Positions 17,190 to 24,791 of a stretch of 56,012 nucleotides of DNA are shown one piece after another. Source of the DNA: an uncultured bacterium (GTDB lineage: Bacteria > Chloroflexota > Dehalococcoidia > Lucifugimonadales > UBA3495); the NCBI GenBank assembly GCA_963997925.1, contig CAXEOX010000005.1, positions 1 through 56,012 on the forward strand. Direction: 5' to 3'. The position numbers and the translations under genes were made by a program. The notes beneath the pieces were generated by a model. It saw only the letters and a program-made list of their open reading frames with translations. It was not told the DNA's origin and searched no databases. Positions within the stretch are counted from its first letter, which is position 1. Every line of letters begins with the position of its first letter.

Positions 17190-18566
17190 ATGATGCTGTT
17201 GTATCTGAACAGACCGAACAATCCGCTTTCGATGTTCAGAAGGCGCATCTTCCTGGCTGTCTTCGCAGCCATGATGCTGATGGGCTTGTTCGGGCCGTTG
17301 TTGGCGCAGGCTCAGGCTCCCCACATCCTGCTTCTGGACGTCAACGGCATCATTAACCCGGTTAAGCACCGGTATATCTCCAGAGCCCTAGATCAAGCAG
17401 TGGAAGACCGTAGCGTCATGGTGGTGATTGAGTTAGACACGCCGGGCGGTCTGCTTTCTTCCACCCGGGATATAGTCCAATTGCTGCTGGATTCTCCGGT
17501 GCCGGTGGCGGTCTACGTTTCTCCACAGGGCGCTAGGGCCGGGTCGGCTGGTACCTTTATAACTGCCGCCGCTAACTTCGCCGTGATGGCCCCTGGGACA
17601 AACATCGGCGCTGCGACCCCTGTCTCGTCCACCGGCGGGGACCTGGAGGAAACCCTGGCCAGTAAGATCGAGAACGACGCCGCAGCCCTGATTCGCAGTA
17701 TCGCTCAAGAGCGAGGCCGTAATGAGGACAAACTGGAGGAGACGGTGCGGAAAGCGGCGTCTTTCACCGCCAAGGAAGCGGTGGAGTTCAACATGGTTGA
17801 TTTCATCGCCGAGGATCTTGACGACCTGCTGGCCCAGGTAGATGGGCTGGAGGTGGAAACCTCAGCTGGCACTAGGACGCTGGACACACTTGATATCGAG
17901 CCGCGGCGATTCGGCAAGAATATTCTGGAGTTGTTCCTGGAGGTAATCTCCGACCCCAACGTCTCATTCATCCTGCTGACTCTGGGCGGTCTGGGCCTGG
18001 TTATAGAGTTGTTCAACCCCGGCCTCATCGCACCGGGCGTAGTCGGGACCATCTGCCTGCTTCTGGCGTTCCTGGCAGCGGGAAACCTGCCGGTGAACTG
18101 GGCTGGAGTGGTCTTTGTCCTCTTGGCGGTGGTGTTGGCGATCATTGAAACCCAGGTCCTTGGTTTCGGGATACTTGGCGTCGGATCCATCATCAGCTTC
18201 GTGTTGGGCGGACTCCTACTCTTCAGCCAATTCGGCGATAAGTCGCCGACATTGCCCGAGGTTTCGGTGAACTTGTGGCTTCTCGGAGGGATGGCTGCCA
18301 TCCTTGGTCTGGTCCTGCTTTACGTCGTAAGAACCATCTACCGGTCCCGGATGGCAACGCCCGAATCAACAGGCCCGGCGTTGTTGGGCGCATCGGGCGT
18401 TGTGGCGATCGACTTGGCCCCGCGCGGCCGGGTGCGGTTCGGTGATGAAACATGGACAGCGGTAAGCCAAGATGGTACCGTTGTCCCCCAAGGCGAACCT
18501 GTCATGGTCACCAAGGTTGATGGCCTGATTCTGACAGTTTCAACGCCAGATGATACGAATAACTAA
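17190..18566 (+). CDS. NfeD-family membrane-bound ClpP-class serine protease
   Basis: Signal/TM, ClpP-like domain (TPGGLLSSTRDIV...SAGTFI), multi-TM block and a C-terminal NfeD OB-like tail. Followed by an SPFH gene. Confidence 0.85.
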   Translation: MMLLYLNRPNNPLSMFRRRIFLAVFAAMMLMGLFGPLLAQAQAPHILLLDVNGIINPVKHRYISRALDQAVEDRSVMVVIELDTPGGLLSSTRDIVQLLLDSPVPVAVYVSPQGARAGSAGTFITAAANFAVMAPGTNIGAATPVSSTGGDLEETLASKIENDAAALIRSIAQERGRNEDKLEETVRKAASFTAKEAVEFNMVDFIAEDLDDLLAQVDGLEVETSAGTRTLDTLDIEPRRFGKNILELFLEVISDPNVSFILLTLGGLGLVIELFNPGLIAPGVVGTICLLLAFLAAGNLPVNWAGVVFVLLAVVLAIIETQVLGFGILGVGSIISFVLGGLLLFSQFGDKSPTLPEVSVNLWLLGGMAAILGLVLLYVVRTIYRSRMATPESTGPALLGASGVVAIDLAPRGRVRFGDETWTAVSQDGTVVPQGEPVMVTKVDGLILTVSTPDDTNN

Positions 18567-18591
18567 AAGCTTCCCCATTTAGGAGGTAATC

Positions 18592-19461
18592 ATGGCCTCA
18601 GGAATAGTGGTTGTTAAACAGTATGAGCGACTGGTGATACTGAAGTGGGGCCGCCTGGAGTCGGTCGCCGAACCCGGGTTCAGGTTTCTGATTCCCGTCA
18701 TATATACCGGACGCTTGGTGGACACCAGAGAGCAAGTAGACCGGGTGCCCACGCAAAAATACATCACCAAGGACAACGTCGTCGTGGATATGGACTTCGT
18801 CCTCTATTTCAAAGTGGTTGAGGAAGAAGCGGAAAAATCCGTTCTAAACGTCGCCGACCACCGTGCCGCCGTACGGGCGTTGGCGGTTGCCGAACTGAGG
18901 TCGATCATCGGAAACATCACCCTGGCCGAGGCCCTGGCCGAAAGGGAACGGATACAGAACGAACTCCAGATATCTCTTGATGAGAATACTGGGCGCTGGG
19001 GAGTGAAAGTCCAAGGAGTAGCGGTCAACGAGATCGACCCTCCTCAGGGAGTGAAAGCGGCGATGGAGCGGGAGAAGTCTGCCGAGGCCATCAAAACCGC
19101 CGATATCACCGAGTCGGAAGGGCAACGTCAGTCTCAGATCAACCGGGCCGAGGGTGAGAGACAGGCGGCGATTCTGGAAGCTGAGGGTGAGCGCCAAGCG
19201 GTGATTCTCCGGGCGGAGGGCGAACAGCAAGCCCAGCTGTTGCGGGCCCAGGGCTTCAGCTCGGCTCTGGATAATATCAACCAGGTCGCTAATACCGTGG
19301 ACCCTAAAACCATGAGCCTGCAATACTTTGAAACCCTGAAGGGCCTGGGAGACAGCCCGTCAACAAAGTGGATCTTCCCCATGGAGTTCACCTCCATGCT
19401 GTCGGGATTCCTGGGTATGGGCAACTCGAATCAGCAAGACAATGGTGACGGAAACAGCTAA
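18592..19461 (+). CDS. SPFH/band-7 (stomatin-like) protein
   Basis: VVKQYERLVILKWGR...ITKDNVVVDMD... and C-terminal AEGERQA repeats. Classic NfeD-SPFH pair. Confidence 0.9.
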   Translation: MASGIVVVKQYERLVILKWGRLESVAEPGFRFLIPVIYTGRLVDTREQVDRVPTQKYITKDNVVVDMDFVLYFKVVEEEAEKSVLNVADHRAAVRALAVAELRSIIGNITLAEALAERERIQNELQISLDENTGRWGVKVQGVAVNEIDPPQGVKAAMEREKSAEAIKTADITESEGQRQSQINRAEGERQAAILEAEGERQAVILRAEGEQQAQLLRAQGFSSALDNINQVANTVDPKTMSLQYFETLKGLGDSPSTKWIFPMEFTSMLSGFLGMGNSNQQDNGDGNS

Positions 19462-19508
19462 ACCGGCTTATCCATCACCAGACTTGATTCTGCACTTCAG
19501 AGAAAGTC

Positions 19509-19560
19509 GAAGGCCGCACTATCCCATATGAAATGGGAGAAGCGCGGCCTTCTTGTTATT
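19509..19560 (+). terminator. rho-independent terminator after the SPFH gene
   Basis: GAAGGCCGC...GCGGCCTTC 9-bp stem (with an inner TCCCAT/ATGGGA hairpin) followed by TTGTTATT. Confidence 0.5.
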
Positions 19561-19576
19561 CGCCGCCGGGATCGGG

Positions 19577-19768
19577 TCAGTTGGATTCTGGCTGAATCAT
19601 TCCCAGGTCGCCGTCGTCCCGCTGGTAAAGCAGGCTGTACTCGTTGGACTCGGTGTTCAAAAACATGAAGAAGCGATGCCCCAGCAGTTGCATCTGAAAC
19701 GCTGCTTCATCCACTGTCATCGGGTTCATGTCGAATCTTTTGACCTTAACCAGTTTGCCGCCGCCTAC
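19577..19768 (-). pseudogene. hpf: C-terminal dimerisation domain of long HPF, in the -1 frame relative to the hpf ORF
   Basis: Hand translation gives VGGGKLVKVKRFDMNPMTVDEAAFQMQLLGHRFFMFLNTESNEYSLLYQRDDGDLGMIQPESN*, matching the long-HPF C-terminal domain pattern. Confidence 0.7.
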
Positions 19769-20145
19769 AACTTCCGTTCCTCCGGAATTGGGGAATCGTC
19801 CTCGGCCTGTTGGTCCACCAGCGGAGCGACCTGCTTGGCCCTTTCGCTACGATAGGTCCGGCTCTTGTACCGCTCGATCCTCCGGTCCAAGACCCCGGCC
19901 ACCAGATTGATCGCCTCTACAGCGTTGGCTGCCCGTTGTTCAGCCCGTAGCAGTGATTCGTCTACGTTCAACGTTACCTGGGCTACCATTCGGTCGCTTT
20001 GGGAGCGGGTGGCCTGGGAAGATAACTCCACGTTCACATTGGTTATGGCTGGGAGATGGCGGATGAGGTCGCCAAATTTACGTTCGATGTGTCCCCGGAG
20101 TTGTTGGTTTACGTCGACATTTTTTGCCTTTATGTTCAGTTCCAA
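19765..20145 (-). CDS. hpf: ribosome hibernation promoting factor, N-terminal (S30AE) domain
   Basis: MELNIKAKNVDVNQQLRGHIERKFGDLIRHL... is the sigma-54 modulation/S30AE fold signature. Confidence 0.85.
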   Translation of the reverse strand: MELNIKAKNVDVNQQLRGHIERKFGDLIRHLPAITNVNVELSSQATRSQSDRMVAQVTLNVDESLLRAEQRAANAVEAINLVAGVLDRRIERYKSRTYRSERAKQVAPLVDQQAEDDSPIPEERKL

Positions 20146-20341
20146 TACGCCGTACCTCCCGAACGGATTTGGGACAGATCACTGTCCCTTATTACCAGTG
20201 TAGGCACCGATTCGATACTAATACAAGGTGCCTAATTGGTACCCAAATGGGGGCCGATTGGCCTGTAAGCCAATGGGAACAATCGATGCCGAAGCATCAA
20301 TCGTGACTTGGCGAGGCGGAAGGAGCCAGATGCGTTGGAGA

Positions 20342-20378
20342 CAAAACCGCCCTCAGGCCAGGCCCAAGGGCGGTTTTG
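20342..20378 (-). terminator. rho-independent terminator after the DUF429 gene
   Basis: CAAAACCGCCC-loop-GGGCGGTTTTG, with a U-rich tail on the minus transcript. Confidence 0.6.
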
Positions 20379-20394
20379 CTTTAGTTGCGTGTGA

Positions 20395-21108
20395 CTAGCG
20401 AGGAAGGCGGGGGAGAACCAACCACCCCTCTTCATCGGTCCCCAGCATGTCGGTTTCCTGTTGGGAATGAAGCAAGGCGGTGTAGGCGTTGATGACTGCG
20501 TCGCAGGTGTTGCGGTCCAGTTCGTCCAGGTGCTTATCCAGGCCTTTCACCAGAGGTGTAAGGCTTTCCTTCATGAAGGGCAAACTAGTGGGGCTGCTCT
20601 TGGGAGGCACCTTGTCTCCGAAGAGAATGGTCTTGGTTGCGTGGGGGTAAACCTCAATCACCTTATGACCTTGTTCGGTCAATTTACGGCTGATGTCTAT
20701 GCCCCGGTAAATCAATGTACGGATGATTGAGCGCTTATTGGTGAAGAAGCAGCTTATACCCATGCGGGAAAGCTCCAACTCGGCCTGACGGCCCTTCTTT
20801 TGAAGGGTTTCCGTCTGGCAGGAACAGGTCGTTTCCAAACAGCATAGCCCGGTAGGCAAACTCAGCGGTGCACCGATGGCAATCAGGCTTGGCTGGTGGG
20901 TTTGACCCATCTCAAAAAGCTCGCTGTCGTCGCTAAAGTTGGTGAGGAAAGACAGTTTTGCTTCGTCGTCCAGCGCTACTACCGAGCTGGGACGTTTTGG
21001 CGAGGCTCTGAGATCAACGCCGAAAATCATATCAAAACTCCGAAGGTGAGACCTGTTAATCATCGCGGTTCCCCGCAAGGAAACAGTTAAATACCTCACC
21101 GGATTCAT
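20395..21108 (-). CDS. DUF429-family protein (predicted RNase H-like nuclease fold)
   Basis: IFGVDL...VVALD...IAIGAPLSLP...EVYPHATK...CDAVINAYTALLH pattern of DUF429. The true start may be an internal Met. Confidence 0.65.
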   Translation of the reverse strand: MNPVRYLTVSLRGTAMINRSHLRSFDMIFGVDLRASPKRPSSVVALDDEAKLSFLTNFSDDSELFEMGQTHQPSLIAIGAPLSLPTGLCCLETTCSCQTETLQKKGRQAELELSRMGISCFFTNKRSIIRTLIYRGIDISRKLTEQGHKVIEVYPHATKTILFGDKVPPKSSPTSLPFMKESLTPLVKGLDKHLDELDRNTCDAVINAYTALLHSQQETDMLGTDEEGWLVLPRLPR

Positions 21109-21130
21109 GGGGTGGCGGATGCTGGGAAAG

Positions 21131-22111
21131 CTACTCTTCTTTGCCGAAGAGAGAGCCTAGCAAACCGTCGGCCCCGTGGAATGACTCCAAAAAGTTGATG
21201 GCTGAAGAAAATGGCTCCGCGTCTTTAATGGCCACTTTCTCCAACGTAGCGATCAGGGTTGGGTTGCCCTCTACGAGGGCCTTTAACCTGCGTCCCACCT
21301 CCTCTTCCACCGCCTCCAAAAACTCCTGTTTCCGCCGCTGGGACCTTAGTTCTTCCAATTTCTTAGAGGATGCCAGATAATCTCGATGTTCTTGGACTTT
21401 AGCCCAAAGTTCTTCTATTCCTTCACCTGTGAGCGCCTGAGTCTGTAGTACCGGTGGATCCCAATCTCGATGGGAAGAATCCAACCCTAGATTTCCTCTT
21501 ATGGCGGCCGCCATCTGGTTGGCCCCATCACGGTCCGACTTGTTCACCACGTAGATGTCGGCAATCTCCATGATGCCGGCTTTCAGGGTTTGGATCGCGT
21601 CTCCGGATTCCGGCATCATAGTTACCAGAATCGTGTCGGCAACCTCCATGATACCCAACTCCGACTGCCCGACGCCCACTGTTTCGACCAATACCACGTC
21701 TATCCCACCAGCGTCCAACAGCCTCACCACACCCTTCACTATTCTGGGAACCCCACCGGAGGATCCCCGGGTTGCCACACTACGTATGAAAACTCCGTCA
21801 TCCAGGTAATGGCGCTGCATCCTGATGCGGTCCCCCAGAATAGCGCCGCCTGTGAACGGACTCGTCGGGTCCACCCCGATTATGCCGACCTTCAATCCTT
21901 CTTGCCGCAGCAATTGGGTGAGCCGATCGACCATCGTGCTCTTGCCAGCCCCCGGGGGACCGGTTATCCCCACCGTGTAGGCGCTGCCGGTGTGGGGGTC
22001 TATCGCCTTGAGCACTTGCGAGGCTTCCGGGTCGCCTCTTTCGAACTGGGAAATCACCCGGGACAATACCCGCCTGTCGCCGGCCAATAACCGCTCTGAG
22101 ATTTCCGTCAT
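21131..22111 (-). CDS. meaB: methylmalonyl-CoA mutase-associated G3E GTPase (MeaB/ArgK)
   Basis: GITGPPGAGKST P-loop, VETVGVGQSE and VVNKSDR motifs. No mutase gene in the window. Confidence 0.9.
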   Translation of the reverse strand: MTEISERLLAGDRRVLSRVISQFERGDPEASQVLKAIDPHTGSAYTVGITGPPGAGKSTMVDRLTQLLRQEGLKVGIIGVDPTSPFTGGAILGDRIRMQRHYLDDGVFIRSVATRGSSGGVPRIVKGVVRLLDAGGIDVVLVETVGVGQSELGIMEVADTILVTMMPESGDAIQTLKAGIMEIADIYVVNKSDRDGANQMAAAIRGNLGLDSSHRDWDPPVLQTQALTGEGIEELWAKVQEHRDYLASSKKLEELRSQRRKQEFLEAVEEEVGRRLKALVEGNPTLIATLEKVAIKDAEPFSSAINFLESFHGADGLLGSLFGKEE

Positions 22112-22174
22112 CGGCAGCGATCCCGGCGGAGTCGTTGATGTGGCCAGGAATCCGGGGTCTTGGGGTCTGGGTGG

Positions 22175-22203
22175 ACTCTAGCACCCTGCCCTAATGCCGT
22201 CAA
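22175..22203 (-). promoter_or_regulatory. candidate sigma70-type promoter for meaB
   Basis: Minus strand reads TTGACG-17 nt-TAGAGT, preceded by AT-rich TTTATATTTTCTA, about 60 nt upstream of the ATG. Confidence 0.35.
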
Positions 22204-22470
22204 TAGAAAATATAAAGCTGGATAAGTATCTAAAATGCGTGGATAACTCAATTTGGGAGCGGACATTCGCTGGGCCTTATAGCTGGATGATAGATGCATT
22301 CCGTAAAGTACTTGATAGCTGTAAGCGTAACCGGTTGGGCTGCGTCGAGATGATATTCAAAACTAGGCCGATGGGACTTGAAAACTATCTCGAATCAGAA
22401 TAATCCCGCAATGAAGGAGTTATTCCCTGGACCTGGGCTCGCTGGCCGAAAACTTCAGGAAACGAGAGGG

Positions 22471-24672
22471 TTAGTGACTATGGCCCTGGAAGCCAAACCC
22501 CTTCGCATCGGCAGCTATCAGTAACTCCGGCCGGTTACCCCATCTTCTAAGGAAGCGGCCGAAATTCTTTCGGCTTAGCTCGTCCCGCTGGTTATCGTCG
22601 AGTTCGGTCCACTGCCGGTGCTCGTGCCGGACAAATGGGAGGGAGCCATCCGAGACGATGCGGTAGCCCTTGTCCTTGAACTGGAAGCAGTAGTCGATGT
22701 CCAGGTTGCGGTAGAAGCGGAAGCACTCCCGCATCAGACCCACGGTGGATACGAGTTCCCGCCGGAAGGACATGCAGTAGGCCTGCATAGCGTCTGCTTC
22801 GCCTTCCTCTACTTCTTCATGGAAATGCTGTAGGTCGTCGGTGGACAGACCATAGGGACCGAAGATGCCGATGGTCTCTTCAGCCAATCGTTCACCAATG
22901 GGGCCCAGGATGTTGCCGACAATCTCCGTTGAGCCGTCCAGCATGATTATGTTTCGGCCTAAGCTTTGCTTGAGGGCAATGTTCTTCCCGGCGGCGTCGC
23001 CCACGTTATGATCGCAGTGAATCACTCTTAGGGTGTCGTGGGATGACTGGAACTCCTCCAACCATTCGGCGGTTCCGTCGGTGCAACCGTTGTCCACGAC
23101 GATTATCTCGTTGGAGAAGTCTCCCGAGTACTTGAGCATGCTGCCCACGCAGCGCTCAACGTCACCGGGATGGCCATATGCGTTCAGAACGAAGGTGAAG
23201 TCGTACTTGGCTGGCTGATCCAGCAGCGATTCTACTTCACGGGATGACGACACTGAAGCCCAACGCTCCCGCTGTTGCTCCAAGGCTGTTTTGGGACGGA
23301 TGCGGGCCTCTTCCAGGGTGTCTTCCAGCAGGAATCCCTGGGAAAGGATGTCGGCGCGCAGTGCATCGGCCGCCGAATAGTCGGCTTCCTGGCGCAGGCT
23401 GCCCCGCTGGCCAACAGAGGCGGCCACCGGTTCAGGCACCGCATATTCCACGGGCACTTCGTCCAGATCAAGACCGTAGATTTGGTCGTATTCCAACAGA
23501 AGGGCCAATTTGGCTTGTCCTGGTAGGTCGGAACGGACCATGTCCCAGGTCTGAGCCAACGCCGCTGGCATGTCCAAGTCGTTCTCCACCGCCGCCCAGA
23601 ATTTCTTGCGCCATTCGTCTACCTCGTCGGGAAGCTCGGCCAGCGGGGGCAATGACTTCCAGGTCCAGATGCGGTGGCGCAGGTTGGTCAGCGCCTTTTC
23701 CGCAGCTTTTAGCGAATTGAAAGTGAAGTTCATCCGGTGCCGGTATCTGATTGTCAGACAGAGGTACCGGAAGGACAGGGGGGCGAACCCCCGGGAGATT
23801 AACTCATCCAGAAGGAAAACGTTACCGGAAGACTTGGCCATCTTGGCGCCATCGGCGAGGAGGTGCTGGGCGTGGACCCAATATCGGACGTGTTGCTGGC
23901 CGAAAGCGGCCTCGCTCTGGGCAATCTCATCCTCGTGATGGGGGAAGATGTTGTCGACGCCACCGGTGTGGATGTCGAACTCTTTACCCAGATACTTCTC
24001 GGCCATGGCGGAGCATTCGATGTGCCAACCGGGAAATCCGTCGCCCCAAGGGCTGCCCCATTTAAGGTCACGGCCCGGTTCGGCGGCTTTCCAAAGAGTG
24101 AAGTCTCTGGGGTCTCGCTTCAGAGGGTCTGCCTCTGCCCGCACTCCCTCCAAGAGGTCCGCGCCGGTGTTGTTGGAGAGCTTGCCGTACTCCTCAAACT
24201 TGCCGACGTCATAATAGACGTTGCCGTTTCTTTCATAAGCGTAGCCGTTGGACATGAGTTTTTCGACGATGGAAACCATCTCGGTGATGTGCTCGGTTGC
24301 CCAAGGAAATACGTGAGCGTCCTTTATGTTTAGCCGGGCTTCGTCCCGGTGGAAGATGTCAGCGTAATACTTGGTGATGTCTTGAACCGTCCGGCCTTCA
24401 GCGATGGCGGCCAAAATCACTTTGTCGCCACCGGTTTCCACCAACTCCTGACGCATGTGTCCCACGTCGGTTATGTTCTTGACGTGATAGACCTCAAGGC
24501 CGTTAGCCTCAGCGATCCGGCGGATCCAGTCGGCCATCAAGTAGGTGCGTAGATTGCCGATATGGGCGTCCCGGTACACCGTGGGACCGCAGGTGTACAT
24601 GCTGAGGAAACCTGGCTTGATGGGTTGGACTTCTTCGATCCGTTTGGTAAGGGTATTGTAGACGCTTAACAA
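22471..24672 (-). CDS. cysS: cysteine--tRNA ligase fused to a C-terminal GT-A/family-2 glycosyltransferase-like domain
   Basis: TTG start. HIGN (HIGH), KMAKS (KMSKS), Zn ligand contexts CGPTVY/HIECS/PHHEDE and a full anticodon-binding region. Residues about 489-733 contain IIVVDNGCTDGT...MLDGS, a GT2 signature. Confidence 0.85.
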   Translation of the reverse strand: MLSVYNTLTKRIEEVQPIKPGFLSMYTCGPTVYRDAHIGNLRTYLMADWIRRIAEANGLEVYHVKNITDVGHMRQELVETGGDKVILAAIAEGRTVQDITKYYADIFHRDEARLNIKDAHVFPWATEHITEMVSIVEKLMSNGYAYERNGNVYYDVGKFEEYGKLSNNTGADLLEGVRAEADPLKRDPRDFTLWKAAEPGRDLKWGSPWGDGFPGWHIECSAMAEKYLGKEFDIHTGGVDNIFPHHEDEIAQSEAAFGQQHVRYWVHAQHLLADGAKMAKSSGNVFLLDELISRGFAPLSFRYLCLTIRYRHRMNFTFNSLKAAEKALTNLRHRIWTWKSLPPLAELPDEVDEWRKKFWAAVENDLDMPAALAQTWDMVRSDLPGQAKLALLLEYDQIYGLDLDEVPVEYAVPEPVAASVGQRGSLRQEADYSAADALRADILSQGFLLEDTLEEARIRPKTALEQQRERWASVSSSREVESLLDQPAKYDFTFVLNAYGHPGDVERCVGSMLKYSGDFSNEIIVVDNGCTDGTAEWLEEFQSSHDTLRVIHCDHNVGDAAGKNIALKQSLGRNIIMLDGSTEIVGNILGPIGERLAEETIGIFGPYGLSTDDLQHFHEEVEEGEADAMQAYCMSFRRELVSTVGLMRECFRFYRNLDIDYCFQFKDKGYRIVSDGSLPFVRHEHRQWTELDDNQRDELSRKNFGRFLRRWGNRPELLIAADAKGFGFQGHSH

Positions 24673-24791
24673 CCTGGACCCCCTTGGCGCTGGAACTATG
24701 GGCAGTTTACCACGTCACCGGGCTGGATTGCATCCGGGATTCATATCTGGAACGCTCTTCTTTAGGCACCGGCTTAACGCGAGGCACCCGC

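Noticed and set aside
17190-19461. NfeD-SPFH pair as a novel system
   Set aside because: This is a well-known conserved operon (membrane protease plus stomatin-like scaffold) with nothing atypical in order, spacing or domains.
20146-20340. Sigma-54 promoter or defined riboswitch in the hpf leader
   Set aside because: There are several short hairpins (GGCACC...GGTGCC; GATTGGC-CTGTAA-GCCAATG; GATGC-CGAA-GCATC) but no GG-N10-GC sigma-54 match and no recognisable riboswitch core. The evidence is too weak to call.
22194-22403. 69-aa ORF in the AT-rich patch as a real gene
   Set aside because: It has no SD and no recognisable fold or family, and it lies in what looks like promoter or non-coding DNA. 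It is kept only as part of the AT-rich-patch finding.
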